Shown here one piece after another: positions 1 through 11,244 of a stretch of 64,000 nt of DNA. The notes under the pieces were generated by a model. The model was given only the letters and a program-made list of their open reading frames with translations. It was not told where the DNA came from and ran no database searches. Each line of letters begins with the position of its first letter. The first letter of the stretch is position 1. The translations under genes were made by a program, and so were the position numbers. The stretch is from Macrostomum lignano. Its lineage: Eukaryota. Where the stretch lies: the NCBI GenBank assembly GCA_002269645.1, contig NIVC01002556.1:62001-126000 (forward strand). The letters run 5' to 3'.

Positions 1-205
1 GATCTGCTTGGCCAGAAAATGTACTTTAAAATAGTTTGGGAGCCGCTGCCAAGCGGAGGGAGATAACAGGCTCTGAGCAGGTCAGGGCGCCGCTGGATAG
101 CTAGGGACTGCACAGAGCAGGCATGAACACGGAGCAAGTGCTGAACAGAAAGAGATAAAGAGATAGCAACAAGCGCTGTTCTGGAGTCACATTGCAGCAC
201 TGCGC

Positions 206-1394
206 TCACTGGATCCCGGCCAGGTAATCTTTGATCTCAGAGGGACTCAGCTTCTTGAAGCCATCTTGCTTGCATATGCCGACTTCGATATTGTCCTCAG
301 TCATCTGGCCCTCGAAGCTCTCCTTCAGCGTCAGGATGGCCGTGTGCACCGCGTCCTCCAGTTCCAGCTCCTCGTTGTACCTGGGCGGAGCGAAGGGAGA
401 AACAATGGTCTTTTTCATTAATTTTTTATCTCAAAATCTATTCAAGAAAAATTCGGGACCTCTGAGCTACTCAACGATTGCTCAGAATAAATGCCAGCAG
501 AATTCGGGACCTCTGAGCTACTCAACGATTGCTCAGAATAAATGCCAGCAGAATTCGGGACCTCTGAGCTACTCAACGATTGCTCAGAACAAATGCCAGC
601 AGAATTCGGGACCTCTGAGCTACTCAACGATTGCTCAGAATGTTGAGCAACCCTTCCGCACTATAAGAGATTCGCTCGCATTTTTTGCTACTCTTCAGTA
701 GGCAATCATTTCTCCAAAGAGGATTACATTGCGGACTTTAGCTGAAAGCTAAAATATGTTATGACCAGCGAACAAGCGCACCTCTTCTCCAGGAAGGTCT
801 TCCCATTGACGTGGTTCTTGCCCAGCGCCGTGGACTTCCAGGCAAAGTAGGTGCCGGACGGGTCGGACTGAAACAGCATTGGCCGGTTGGTGTCGCGGTC
901 CCAGCCAGCCAGCAGCACGGAGATGCCAAAGGGCCGGACGCCACCGCTCTGCGTGAACTCCTGCATGAGGGCGGCCACTCGCTGCACCAGCTGTTCTGGC
1001 GGGATCGCCTCCCCGTAGGCCAGCTGGTAGGCCACAGCGGACCGGCGGGCATCTTGCAGCACTACGCGGAAGTCGGGGCCAAGGCCGCTGTACACCAAGC
1101 CGCAGTGGCTGGTGACGGCCTCGATTCTGCAGGGTGGGCAGTCGGGTGGCGAGGACATAGATTTTACTGCAGAGAGCAGATAAGGGAGCAAAGAATTGAT
1201 GCTCACCTGTGCAAAGAGGCGGCATCAATCAGAGCGGAAGAGAACTTCTTCTCCACAGCCAGTACAACACCGTTGGTAGCCTTGATTCCCACACTGGGAG
1301 CGCCGGCCTCCACAGCCTTCAGTGCGTACTCGATCTGCACCAGCTTGCCACTGGGGCTAAATGTAGTCAGTGAGAATCCGTAGCGTTCGGACAT
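206..1394 (-). CDS. PSMA2: Proteasome subunit alpha type-2; exons 1394-1207, 1126-782, 380-206 (235 aa)
   Basis: N-terminus [25 protein letters not shown], internal GGVRPFG and DPSG, C-terminus [40 protein letters not shown] introns join in frame to 708 nt. Confidence 0.96.
450..641. repeat. 51-bp minisatellite (~3.8 copies) in PSMA2 intron 2
   Basis: Unit aattcgggacctctgagctactcaacgattgctcagaataaatgccagcag starts at 450, 501, 552 and 603. Confidence 0.95.
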
Positions 1395-1455
1395 TGCTGT
1401 TGCGAAAGGGAGAAAGCCGCAGCGGGGTCAAGAGAGCGCTCAGTTTGTGCTTTGG

Positions 1456-1741
1456 GTAGCCGGGACTGACAACTAGCCAAATTATGAGTAGCCGGGACTG
1501 ACAACTAGCCAAATTATGAGTAGCCGGGACTGACAACTAGCCAAATTATGAGTAGCCGGGACTGACAACTAGCCAAAATATGAGTAGCCGGGACTGACAA
1601 CTAGCCAAATTATGAGTAGCCGGGACTGACAACTAGCCAAATTATGAGTAGCCAGGACTGACAACTAGCCAAATTATGAGTAGCCAGGACTGACAACTAG
1701 CCAAATTATGAGTAGCCAGGACTGACAACTAGCCAAATTAT
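1456..1741. repeat. 32-bp minisatellite (~9 copies) just upstream of PSMA2
   Basis: Near-perfect head-to-tail unit tagccgggactgacaactagccaaattatgag. Confidence 0.95.
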
Positions 1742-2971
1742 AGTAGCAAGTAATGGAAGTATCTAAGTAAACTTACAGTCTCCGGTCATTGCTACACATA
1801 CTACTAATATAGTAGAATGATCTACTATACTATCTTAGGTTTCTGTTGAGTGTGAATTAGAAGCCAAAGACAGATAGCCACAATAGCCAGTTCTAAGTTA
1901 CATAAACACACGCGTATTATATATTTTTAATTTACTTTGCTTCAAGACAATGAATAGCCTGTTAGACAATGAGATAAACAGAGCAAGAGAAAAAAGATAC
2001 AGAGAGATGAGTCAAGATAAATGAGGACAGACTCGCTAAAACAAAGATTCAGCAAAGTTATAAAGTTGCGCAACAGTTTAGAGTTGAAACAGAAATTTTC
2101 AGAGAGGAAAATGTTGATATTAATACACACTCGCGCATTTCAGCCATAAATATAGTATTGCTGCAGCTACATAATGTATTGCTACATGTAAGTTCATAGT
2201 TAGACAGGGGAAATCGCTATTTACAAGCATCTCGTACACAGCTTTGTATAAAAGGCTAAAATTTACATTAAAGATGGCGTACATGCTATAGTAAATGGGT
2301 CAGTTTGATGGGAAACTCGTGTGCGCGCTGGGCCGACAAAATGGCGGCAATTAAAAAATTCAATGGGCTGAGAGAAAAAAACATAAAAAAGAGAATAGAA
2401 TTAAACAATCTCAAAAAGCTAACCTGATGCTGCGATGACCAACATTTTAATAAATGGGGGCGAAGATTTAACAGAAGAAACACTTCATATGCCATTTGCT
2501 TTGTACAAAAGAGAAAACATTAAGCAAGAAATTACAGCCACGCCAAACACAGGCGTCACTCAGATGCGCGATGGGGCGAGCGAGCTGCCAAGCAATCGGG
2601 CACAAATGGCTGATATGGTGCCGCTCAGCTCCCGGGAAAAGCGCGGGGACCAGCCAGTGACGGATGGGCGAATATAACAGAGCTCAGGTACGACACACGG
2701 GGATTCAAAAGGACGGCCAATTTACACGGGGATAACAGTGCGCAGCGAGCGTCTCTGTGGCCCGATGGGACTGGCGTTGCTGCCATTAACTTATCAGCAT
2801 TGGTAAAAAATCTGCTTTTAACAGCGAATAAGCAATTTATAAAAAGCCAGTTAAGGGGTTATGCGATATGCGGTGAGCAGAGACAGTCGACAAGCAAATG
2901 TGGACAAACAGTTTGCGCTAATGAGGACAGATGACGCATTCGGGTCAAGGCAGCCAGCAGCACGATGAGTC

Positions 2972-5900
2972 TCAGATCTGCTGCTGCTGCGGTGAGAAAA
3001 TCATGGACCGGATGACATCCTGCAGCTTGTAGAGAACCTCCGACCTCACGTCATTTAGGGATGGCAGAATCTTGTCAATCTGCGCCTGTAGCTCGCTGAC
3101 AAAGTCGCGCGTCGTGGTCTGGTAGAAATTCTGGGCCTCGTACATTTTGTTGCGCAGCTGCATGACCGCCTCTTCAAGGCCCTGCGTTGGCTGGCCAGAA
3201 GCCTTGCGGTCCATGGCCTGGGCAATGCGCTGGATCATGCCAACAATCTCCGTCATGTACTGCATGGGTTTGTTGGCTGTGGCCGCGGCCACCGCGTTCA
3301 CAATTTGGAGATTCGCCACGCTAACCAGCGGCTTCATGTCCTGCTGCTGCAGAGTCTGCTGGCCGCAGGATACGACCAGGCCCAGCTTGCTGTCGATCTC
3401 TAGCATGCTGCCGCCGCCGCTTGCAGAGCTGGACGAAACGAACGAGTCCAGCAGGGGGACGCTGGCGCCGCTAAATGCGTAGGAGACTGACGTCTGCTGC
3501 TGCTGCTGCGGCTGAAGCTGCTGAAGCTGCTGCGGCTGGGCGCCTCCGTAGGCCAGGAGGGCCGGCTGGCTGAGCTCAGGGAAGCTAGGCAAAAGTGCCT
3601 GCGAGGACACAATCACCTGCTGCTGTTGCTGGATCTGCGGCTGCGCCTGCATCTGCGGTGGCGGTGGCGGCAGCTGAGCGGCTAGTTGCTGGGGCTGCTG
3701 AAGCTGCTGGAGCTGCTGCAGCTGCTGCGGCTGCTGCTGGGTGACGGCCAGCAAAGTGACGGTACCAGGCGGCAGCAGGTGCTGCAGCTGCGACATGGGC
3801 AGAAACTGATTCAATGACTCCAGGCGGATGGGAGTGGCCGTCAGCAGCGGCTGGCTGGCGGCACCGGACACAGGCACTGGGGCTGCTGACAGACCCTGCG
3901 GAAGCTGCACCATACCCTGCAGCAGCTGCTGGGGCACCATTGCCGGAGTCAACTGCTGCTGCTGCTGCTGCTGCGCTACCTCCTCCTTCACGCGAACAAT
4001 GTTGGCAGCGTTGCCGGCTGTGACTGGCGCGACAGCAGCGGCCGCAGAAGCCGCAGCCGAAGTGACGATTTTATTTACTCCGCCGCCTACAGCCGCAATT
4101 TTGGCGGTCACGCCGCCGCCTCCGACACCACTGACCGCTTTCTTCTTAGCGGCGGCTGCAGCGGCGGCAGCAGCGGCGGCAGCGTTGGCCGGGTTGGGCG
4201 CGGATGAAGTTGACGGATTGTTTTTTGCTTTCTCTGCGTCCATCGCCTTCAGCTTCTCCTGCAGTAGGGAATGTGGGAATAATGAAACAGGAATAGAGAC
4301 TTCCTGTGAGCTAGCTAACTGTGTTGATTAGTAATAGTCCAACAAAAATAACAGAGTATATATAATTTTTACAGGCAAGTAGCAAGTATTTGCTTTGCCT
4401 TCTGCAAGTTAGACAGTTTAATTTTTAACCTGATGACTCCAATGTTGCCGTTTATAAAGACACTGCTAGCCGATTACACATACTAAACTTTGGGCCCGAA
4501 AACTTACCTGGAATAGGCGGTACGAATCGGTCTGCTTGTAAGCGGCCAAGTCTTGCTCATAAGCCGCGAATGCTTTTGTAAACATTTGCTGATAGCGCTC
4601 CTTCTCTTCCGCGGAGAGGTCCCGCCACTGCTGAGCCACCACTTTAATCTGCTCCTTGCCCTTGAGCTTGAGATCCGGCGAATCCTTGATGTGCACCCCT
4701 AGTTCCTCCATCTTCTCCTTGACGAAGATAGTGTAGGCGGAGCGCGGGTTCACCGGCTCCTGCGGGTCCCGCCTTGCCTGGCGTGACCGCCGCCCGGTCC
4801 CAATCGGCTTCCGTGGCTTCGTTGGTCTCTGTGTCGATGCGGGGCCGCCTCCGGCAGCCGCTGCTGCTGCGGCCGCCTTTGCCGCCGCGGCCACTGCCGC
4901 TGCCATCGAAGGCGTTCTTACCGGCGTCTTATGGGCTCCGGAGGTAGCGGCTCCGCCATTGCCAGTCGGGCTGCGGGCTTCTTCGCCAGTTTCGATCTTG
5001 TTTGCAGGACCCGCCTCGGTGTCCATCTGAGCATCGGCGGCTTCTGCCGCCTTTGCTTGGTTTGCCATGGCGTCATCGGCCGCAGCTGCTGCAGATTCTG
5101 CTTCAGCCTCAACAAGCGCAGCTTCAGCCTCGGCCATAATCGCATCGTCTGTTTCGTTTGCAGCATCGGCGTCGGCATCATGCTCAGTCAGTGCATCCTC
5201 CATTTCAATTGCATCGATCGAAGTGGCCGGATCAGCAGCGTCCTCCGCATCCATAACCGTCTCTGTCACTTCCTGCTCCCCAGATACTTCACTAACACCC
5301 GCAGCAAGAACTTTATCCGTGTCCAAAACTGAGCCAGTGTCTTCCAACGGCCCATTGGCGGCCGATGAAGTGCTGATGTCAGCTGACTCAGTCGCAGCCT
5401 CTGGCTCAGTATCGGCCACAGTGGCGGTGTGCTCTGCCAAAACGTCAGCATCGCCAGCATCTGGCATCGCTGAGTTAGCGTCTGCTAGTGCCATTTCCGA
5501 CTCAGCTTCTGAAGCCTTAGCTTGCATAGCTTCAGCTTCTGTGGCCTGAGTTTGCATGGCTTCAGCTTCTGTGGCCTGAGTTTGCATGGCTTCAGCTTCT
5601 GTGGCCTGAGTTTGCATGGCTTCAGCTTCTGTGGCCTGAGTTTGCATGGCTTCAGCTTCTGTGGCCTGAGTTTGCATGGCTTCAGCTTCTGTGGCCTGAG
5701 TTTCTATCGCTACCTCTTCAATGCCCGGGGTCTCCGTTCCCTCCGCTGGGGCCTGGGCTTCCACCACCTCATCCTCTTTGGTTGGAGTCTTCACTGGCTC
5801 GGCTTCTAAGGTTTTAGTCTCAGTGGCCGCGGTGCTCTCGGTGGCATGATCGTCAACTTTCTCAGCCTCCGAATCATTCTCAGTAGCCTTATGCTCAGTG

Positions 5901-6061
5901 TCCGGTGGCTGTGTGTCTGCAGCAGTAGTTTTTTCTGTTGAAACTGCTTTGAACTCAGCTGTCTCGGCCTGAATATCCCCTGACTGAAGTCCAGAATTTG
6001 ATGCGTTTATCTCTAAGGCTTCGTTTGCCACATCCTTCTCATTTACAGCAAGCTCAGTCAT
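2972..6061 (-). CDS. Large HMG-box protein (HMG20A/B- or SMARCE1-like); exons 6061-4508 and 4258-2972 (~946 aa); left-arm copy
   Basis: HMG box PVNPRSAYTIFVKE...WRDLSAEEKERYQQ...YKQTDSYRLF. Donor CAG|gtaagt and acceptor ctgcag|GAG join the two long ORFs in phase 0. Poly-A/poly-Q region and helical C-terminus. An extra upstream exon is possible. Confidence 0.85.
5522..5701 (-). repeat. Coding 30-bp tandem repeat (TQATEAEAMQ) x6
   Basis: Unit actcaggccacagaagctgaagccatgcaa on the coding strand; 7 copies in the right-arm gene. Confidence 0.95.
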
Positions 6062-7276
6062 TGCATTAACAGCGGTTCCGCCCTGGAGATCAGGCAGAAG
6101 TCAGTGTCCTCAATAATGAAAAATGGCGAACAGAGTTGAAGAAAAAAACAGCAATTTTTACTTGCAAGGATTATTTTTTTGGTCTACACTTCCGAAGCCA
6201 GAAAGGAGCAACGAAGACAGCATGAAATCAGATTGTGCATTTAAAATAAGATACAAAGCAAAACATACCTGAAAACTGAGAATACTAATAATTATTAAAT
6301 ACTAGTTATTAAGAATACTAGAATGTTATAATATAAATAACATATTGATATTCTATGTTCAAATTAATAATTGACTTATTTTTATCAGTAATTACATTAA
6401 TGTTGTATGTAAGCAATATTTTATATAGCTTTATTTTATAGTTAGGATAATATTCCAATCTCTCTTTTATATCTCTTTTTATACCTTTTCTTATCATGTA
6501 TATATAGCTATTACAAAATGTCAAAATACTTAGTTAGCACCAGTATGGTATAGATAATACTTACAGTAGATATATATAGGAAAAAGCAATTATATAAAAA
6601 GATAGGCAAACAAAATGCATACTTAAATACTTTGTAATTAGCCCTTTATCATGCAGGTTGCTTTAAGAGCTTTAGAGTTCTATTAAAACAACAAAGTGTT
6701 CTGCTTAGCTACAGATATGGCATATGGCTGCAAGAAGTTACAGATATTGAGGTTTTTTAGCAAAGCATATATATATATTGATAGAAACAAAAACATATTT
6801 CTTATATCTAGTTTTCATATCTAGTAATACCACTCACTTGAGACTTAAAAGACCATTGGGACCATTGAGTTATTGGCAATAGATTAGTAAAAATCAATGA
6901 ATATTATTTTTTCAAAGTTAGAAGAACTTTTAAGTCTTTGGAATTTAGGACTTAAGCAATAGATATTTTTAATTTCATGTCCACATTGTGATTGGATAGT
7001 AGGTACTAAAGTTTTAAATTGTTTTTTTTATGTGAATTTAGGCATTTATTGACTGCACCTATATCAATTTTTATATATATGCATACATATTTCTATTAGA
7101 ATATAAGTCTAATAAATGGATACTACTAAGTATATTAATTGATTAGCTAAATTTCATTATTATAGTGTTTAGTGTCAAATTATCAAAAAGCTAGTTTTAT
7201 TTTATAAAGCTAGATAGCTATAATAATGCTAAATAGCTATATCTCTAATAATTCTCTATTTCTCCTTTCTCCCTAT

Positions 7277-7640
7277 CTACTCCTTTGCATCCGCCCCTTC
7301 CTCTGCATCCGCCCCTTCCTCTGCATCCGTCCCTTCCTCTGCATCCATCCTTTCCTCTTCATCTGCCCCTTCCTCTGCATCCATTCCTTCCTCTGCATCC
7401 ACCCCTTCTGCATCCATCCCTTCCTCTTTATCCGTGCCTTCTTCTGCATCTAACCCTTCCTCTGTATCTACCCCTTCTTCTGCATCCACCCCTTCCTCTG
7501 CATCCATCCCTTCCTCTGCATCTGCCCCTTCCTCTGCATCCATCCCTTCCTCTGCATCCACCCCTTCTGCATCCATCCCTTCCTCTTTATCCGTGCCTTC
7601 TTCTGCATCTAACCCTTTCTCTGTATCTATCCCTTCTTCC
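7277..7640. repeat. 18-bp purine/pyrimidine-biased minisatellite, truncated relative to the right-arm copy
   Basis: Unit ~(cccttcctctgcatc+3 nt); matches the reverse complement of 58781-59120. Confidence 0.9.
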
Positions 7641-9842
7641 AATGCGCGAAGCGCATTGGGTGGTCTGGCTTGTGACGAATATAATAATATGAGACGTGTG
7701 CATCGAAAAAATGACAAGAAAAATCTCACAAAAACTGCTGTAACTTCAAAACTACAAGTGCGAATTTCACAAGTGAGGTGTTATTTTAAAGAGAAGAATC
7801 TGATCTATTTAACGAGTATAGTTTTGTATGGATTCACTGCGGAGAAAAGGAACAGGCTTTAGTTGAAATGTTTGACTTAAGATTATGTCTTTACAAAAGT
7901 GCATTTCCTCATGCACATTAAAACTCGAGCTAAAAATGTTCGAGGGTTATAGGTGCGCCTTACTAAGATGCATAACATTATTGGGTTGTTTTTTTCAATT
8001 GTATCAAAAAGTTGGCACTTTGGTTGCAAAAAATGCAAAAATTGAAAATGTACTTTTACAGTTTTTTGCATTTTTTTCTATACTGCTAATAGTTAAGCAT
8101 ACATACTATGCACCAATTGATGCGCAATTCAAAGATACACAAGTGTGGAAGTTTTCAATTCTTAAACATTTGAAATCAGAAAGTTATCGACGAAAGACTA
8201 AAAATCATGATCTCAAACTGATTTGAGGAAAAGTGCTCATTATAATTTTTGGAATATGGAAGAAACAATTCAACGCCGTCATCTAATTCCAAACTAACTG
8301 TACTTTAAGGTACTGCGATGATTTTTTTATTGAAAGAGCGAAACCTGTTTAAATATTTGAAAAAATGGAAAAAAAGTACCTTTTTTCATAGAAATACACT
8401 CTTTTGACTGCTTAATCCGATTTCCAACAACAAAATAGTTGCTTTCCTGCTGGTGCAAACCGTTATTAGGGTGAATTTTCAAAATTGCATACTGTGCCAA
8501 AAGTAAACTGAAGCTTAATATTTATAAACATTAGAAACGGGACCACTAATGGGTATTTTACTTTGGTTACTTACTATGGACTAAACTGGCACTGGCAGAG
8601 ACAGATTTGAGAGAAACTAATTGCTCCATTGTATTTGTATTTGGCTCCAGCGTTACAAATTACAATAGCTATTTCGGGGTCTAACCGGCTAAGTTATCAA
8701 AAAAGCTAGATACCAATCACCAGTTTCATCATCAGCTATACCTACCACGATTTTATAGTCACATGCAACAGTAATACCCTCCTTTAAAAGTTTTCAATAT
8801 CTAAAATGATGTGTTAAATTTTATAAAATTTCATAAACAGTGAATTTTTAGCTGTTTACGTGCTGGTGGTTTGAACGTAGCTACTTTGTGCGAAAATACA
8901 CTGTCATTAATACCGTACCTATTATTGTATTTATTGTATTGAAAGTTGATGTGTAAATTGTACTTTTCTATTTTTTTGTCATTCGTTATCGCACTCGGGC
9001 CGGCCTGCCTGCCTTGTGGGGTGTGGTGGCCTTGGCCACTTTCTCCCCCTTCTGCTAGGATCCAAAGCAAGCTTTCAAGTGTACATTTAATATTATCGAT
9101 CGATTATTTAAAACAAGCCTCTAGTGGCTGGTGTTGAGAGTGAGTGGCCTTGAGTGTACGCGAAAGCAAGAGGAAGCCCATGGGCGGACTATATGAACCT
9201 TCCTTTAGTGGAAAGTTGGGCCTTGTGCATTGCATAGTGTACGCTACACAAGACAGAAGGTAAAGAGAAAGAGAACGACAGGCTAGCCAATAGCGATAGC
9301 ATGTGCTTCTTTCTCTCCAGTCCACTATGGTAGGGGGGGGGAGGGGGGTGTCAGACGGCCCAACTCTAACCCCCATACCCAAAACAGCGTACATGTAGAA
9401 TAAGAAGGGATTGGGTCCAGATAAGTCTTCCCAAATGTACATGTATGTACAAAGACAAACACAGACAAGAAAAATGGCTCTAAAAACCATTGTTATTGTT
9501 ACACTGTGTGTCTATTTTTATTAACTTGACTTTGACTTGTCTTTACTCTAGCATGGTCAATGATAATTACTGTTACTTCATACCTAATTTACAATTAATT
9601 GCATAAGATTAAGAAGGAATAATACAATCGAGGTCGAACCCATGATCACTTGACCCACCCACCCATGATCACTTCTGATTCTGACCTACATGTATCTACT
9701 ATATCCTGCCAGTTTCTCCAGTTTTATGGGTCTTGGTGTCGGTGATTCGAGCAATTCCATTACATTTTATCGGTGCAGTGCGTCTATTAATGCTTAGCTA
9801 CTTGTATATGTGTTGCAGAACTTATGCTCGTAGTTTCCCTTC

Positions 9843-11244
9843 TAGGGATGTTGACCCCGGGAGTGCTCCCCGGGGAGCTTGTTGGGGAATACTCTCCGGG
9901 GAATTTAACCGGGGACCCTGGGGAGAAAAAATATGAAAAAATGCATTTGTAACTTAATTTTTGCCATTAAAATAAGAAACTGATTCACAGAAGGCAGTGC
10001 TTATCCCCACAGTACCGTAGGAATAATTTTTGTCTTATTCCAACGGTACCGTGCGAATAATTTTCTGCTTATCCGCACGGCACACTGACGAGATAGCTGC
10101 CCTATCTTCTACATTTGCCGTTACATGGGAAGTTTAGTACATACGATTTGAGTGCAGTATAACAACATAACTTGGCTTGAACATTTGTTCTAAAGAAATA
10201 AAGATTTAACGACTTTTCTATGAGCAAGAATTTTTTTGTGTAGTAACACGCATTTACACATGCATATACTAGTCTAGAACTGATTCGAGTTTATACATCA
10301 AGATCAACAGCTTCTTAGTATCCTCAGTACAAATTCCCTTTCAATAAGCTATAAACTATTCACGCACAGCATATATATGTAGCAGATAGGGCAGCTAGTA
10401 AAGCAGAGGGAATAAAACAGGACGTGTAGGGCAGCTATCTTGTCAGTGTGCCGTGCGGATAAGCAGAAATTATTCGCACGGCATATGTAGAAGATAGGGC
10501 AGCTATCTCGTCAGTGTGCCGTGCGGATAAGCAGAAAATTATTCGCACGGTACCGTTGGAATAAGACAAAAATTATTCCTACGGTACCATGGGGATAAGC
10601 ACTGCCTTCACAGAAAGCTGATTGAAACTCTGTCTATGCTCTTTTACCGCATAATTGCTTATTTCAATGCATTACACGTATTTGAAACACAACACACGTT
10701 TGATTGTTTTTTCACTAATAAGTCATTCAATCAAGCAAATTGCACGTAGAAAAGAAACCCGTCAGGAAAAAGAAGCCTTACTGACTAGTGACTGCTGTGT
10801 TGGTCTGCGTTGACGGCTTGACGCAGGCGCAGCGCTGCGTCATGCGTCAGGCACTGACGCATAGGGGGGTGTCATACATATACTCCCTATTAGACAAGGA
10901 CAAAATGGTGATTTACATATATATGCAAGAAATAAAATTCCGATTATAAAAACAGTCTCATTCATTAATTATCCTCTCACGAGCGTAGCTGTTTAGCATG
11001 CATTCCAACAAATGCACTTTTCCGATAAAGGTGCGCGCACGATTTCGTGATGCCACATTGTCAAATACAGTTTAAAAAAACATTGTTTAAAATTTTTACC
11101 CCTGCGCCTTGAACATGTAGTACAAAGCTTAAATCAAAGTTTAAAAAATTCCACTTACAATCTAAGTGATCCGCCGTTTTTACTTATTTTTTCTTTTCAC
11201 CGGGGTCCCCGATAAGATAATTCCCTGGGAATCGACATCCCTAA
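9843..11244. mobile_element. Non-autonomous hAT-like DNA transposon
   Basis: Termini TAGGGATGT(T/C)GA...CGACATCCCTA(A); 8-bp direct repeat TTCCCTTC at 9835-9842 and 11245-11252; no transposase ORF. Confidence 0.65.
9991..10608. mobile_element. Foldback MITE with ~135-bp TIRs, nested in the hAT-like element
   Basis: AAGGCAGTGCTTATCCCC...GGGGATAAGCACTGCCTT with long near-perfect inverted arms; flanking duplication CACAG (9986-9990, 10609-10613), or ACA if the TIR is one base longer. Confidence 0.85.

Noticed and set aside
231-701. 156-aa ORF with [17 protein letters not shown] repeats
   Set aside because: Antisense to PSMA2 and produced by the intronic 51-bp repeat.
1456-1741. CRISPR-like appearance of the 32-bp array
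   Set aside because: Units are head-to-tail with no unique spacers, there are no cas genes, and the context is eukaryotic.
3147-5549. Multiple antisense or alternative-frame ORFs over the HMG, PSMA2, ADH5, CYP and Ngaro coding regions
   Set aside because: Expected shadows of GC-rich, low-complexity exons.
7641-8700. Possible Helentron-like element starting at aatgcgcgaagcgcatt
   Set aside because: Only a short terminal palindrome was seen; the other end and subterminal repeats could not be identified.
10085-10115. Hammerhead-like CTGACGA followed by a GATAG/CTATC stem
   Set aside because: The required GAAA after stem II is absent (TTCT instead); it is part of the MITE TIR.
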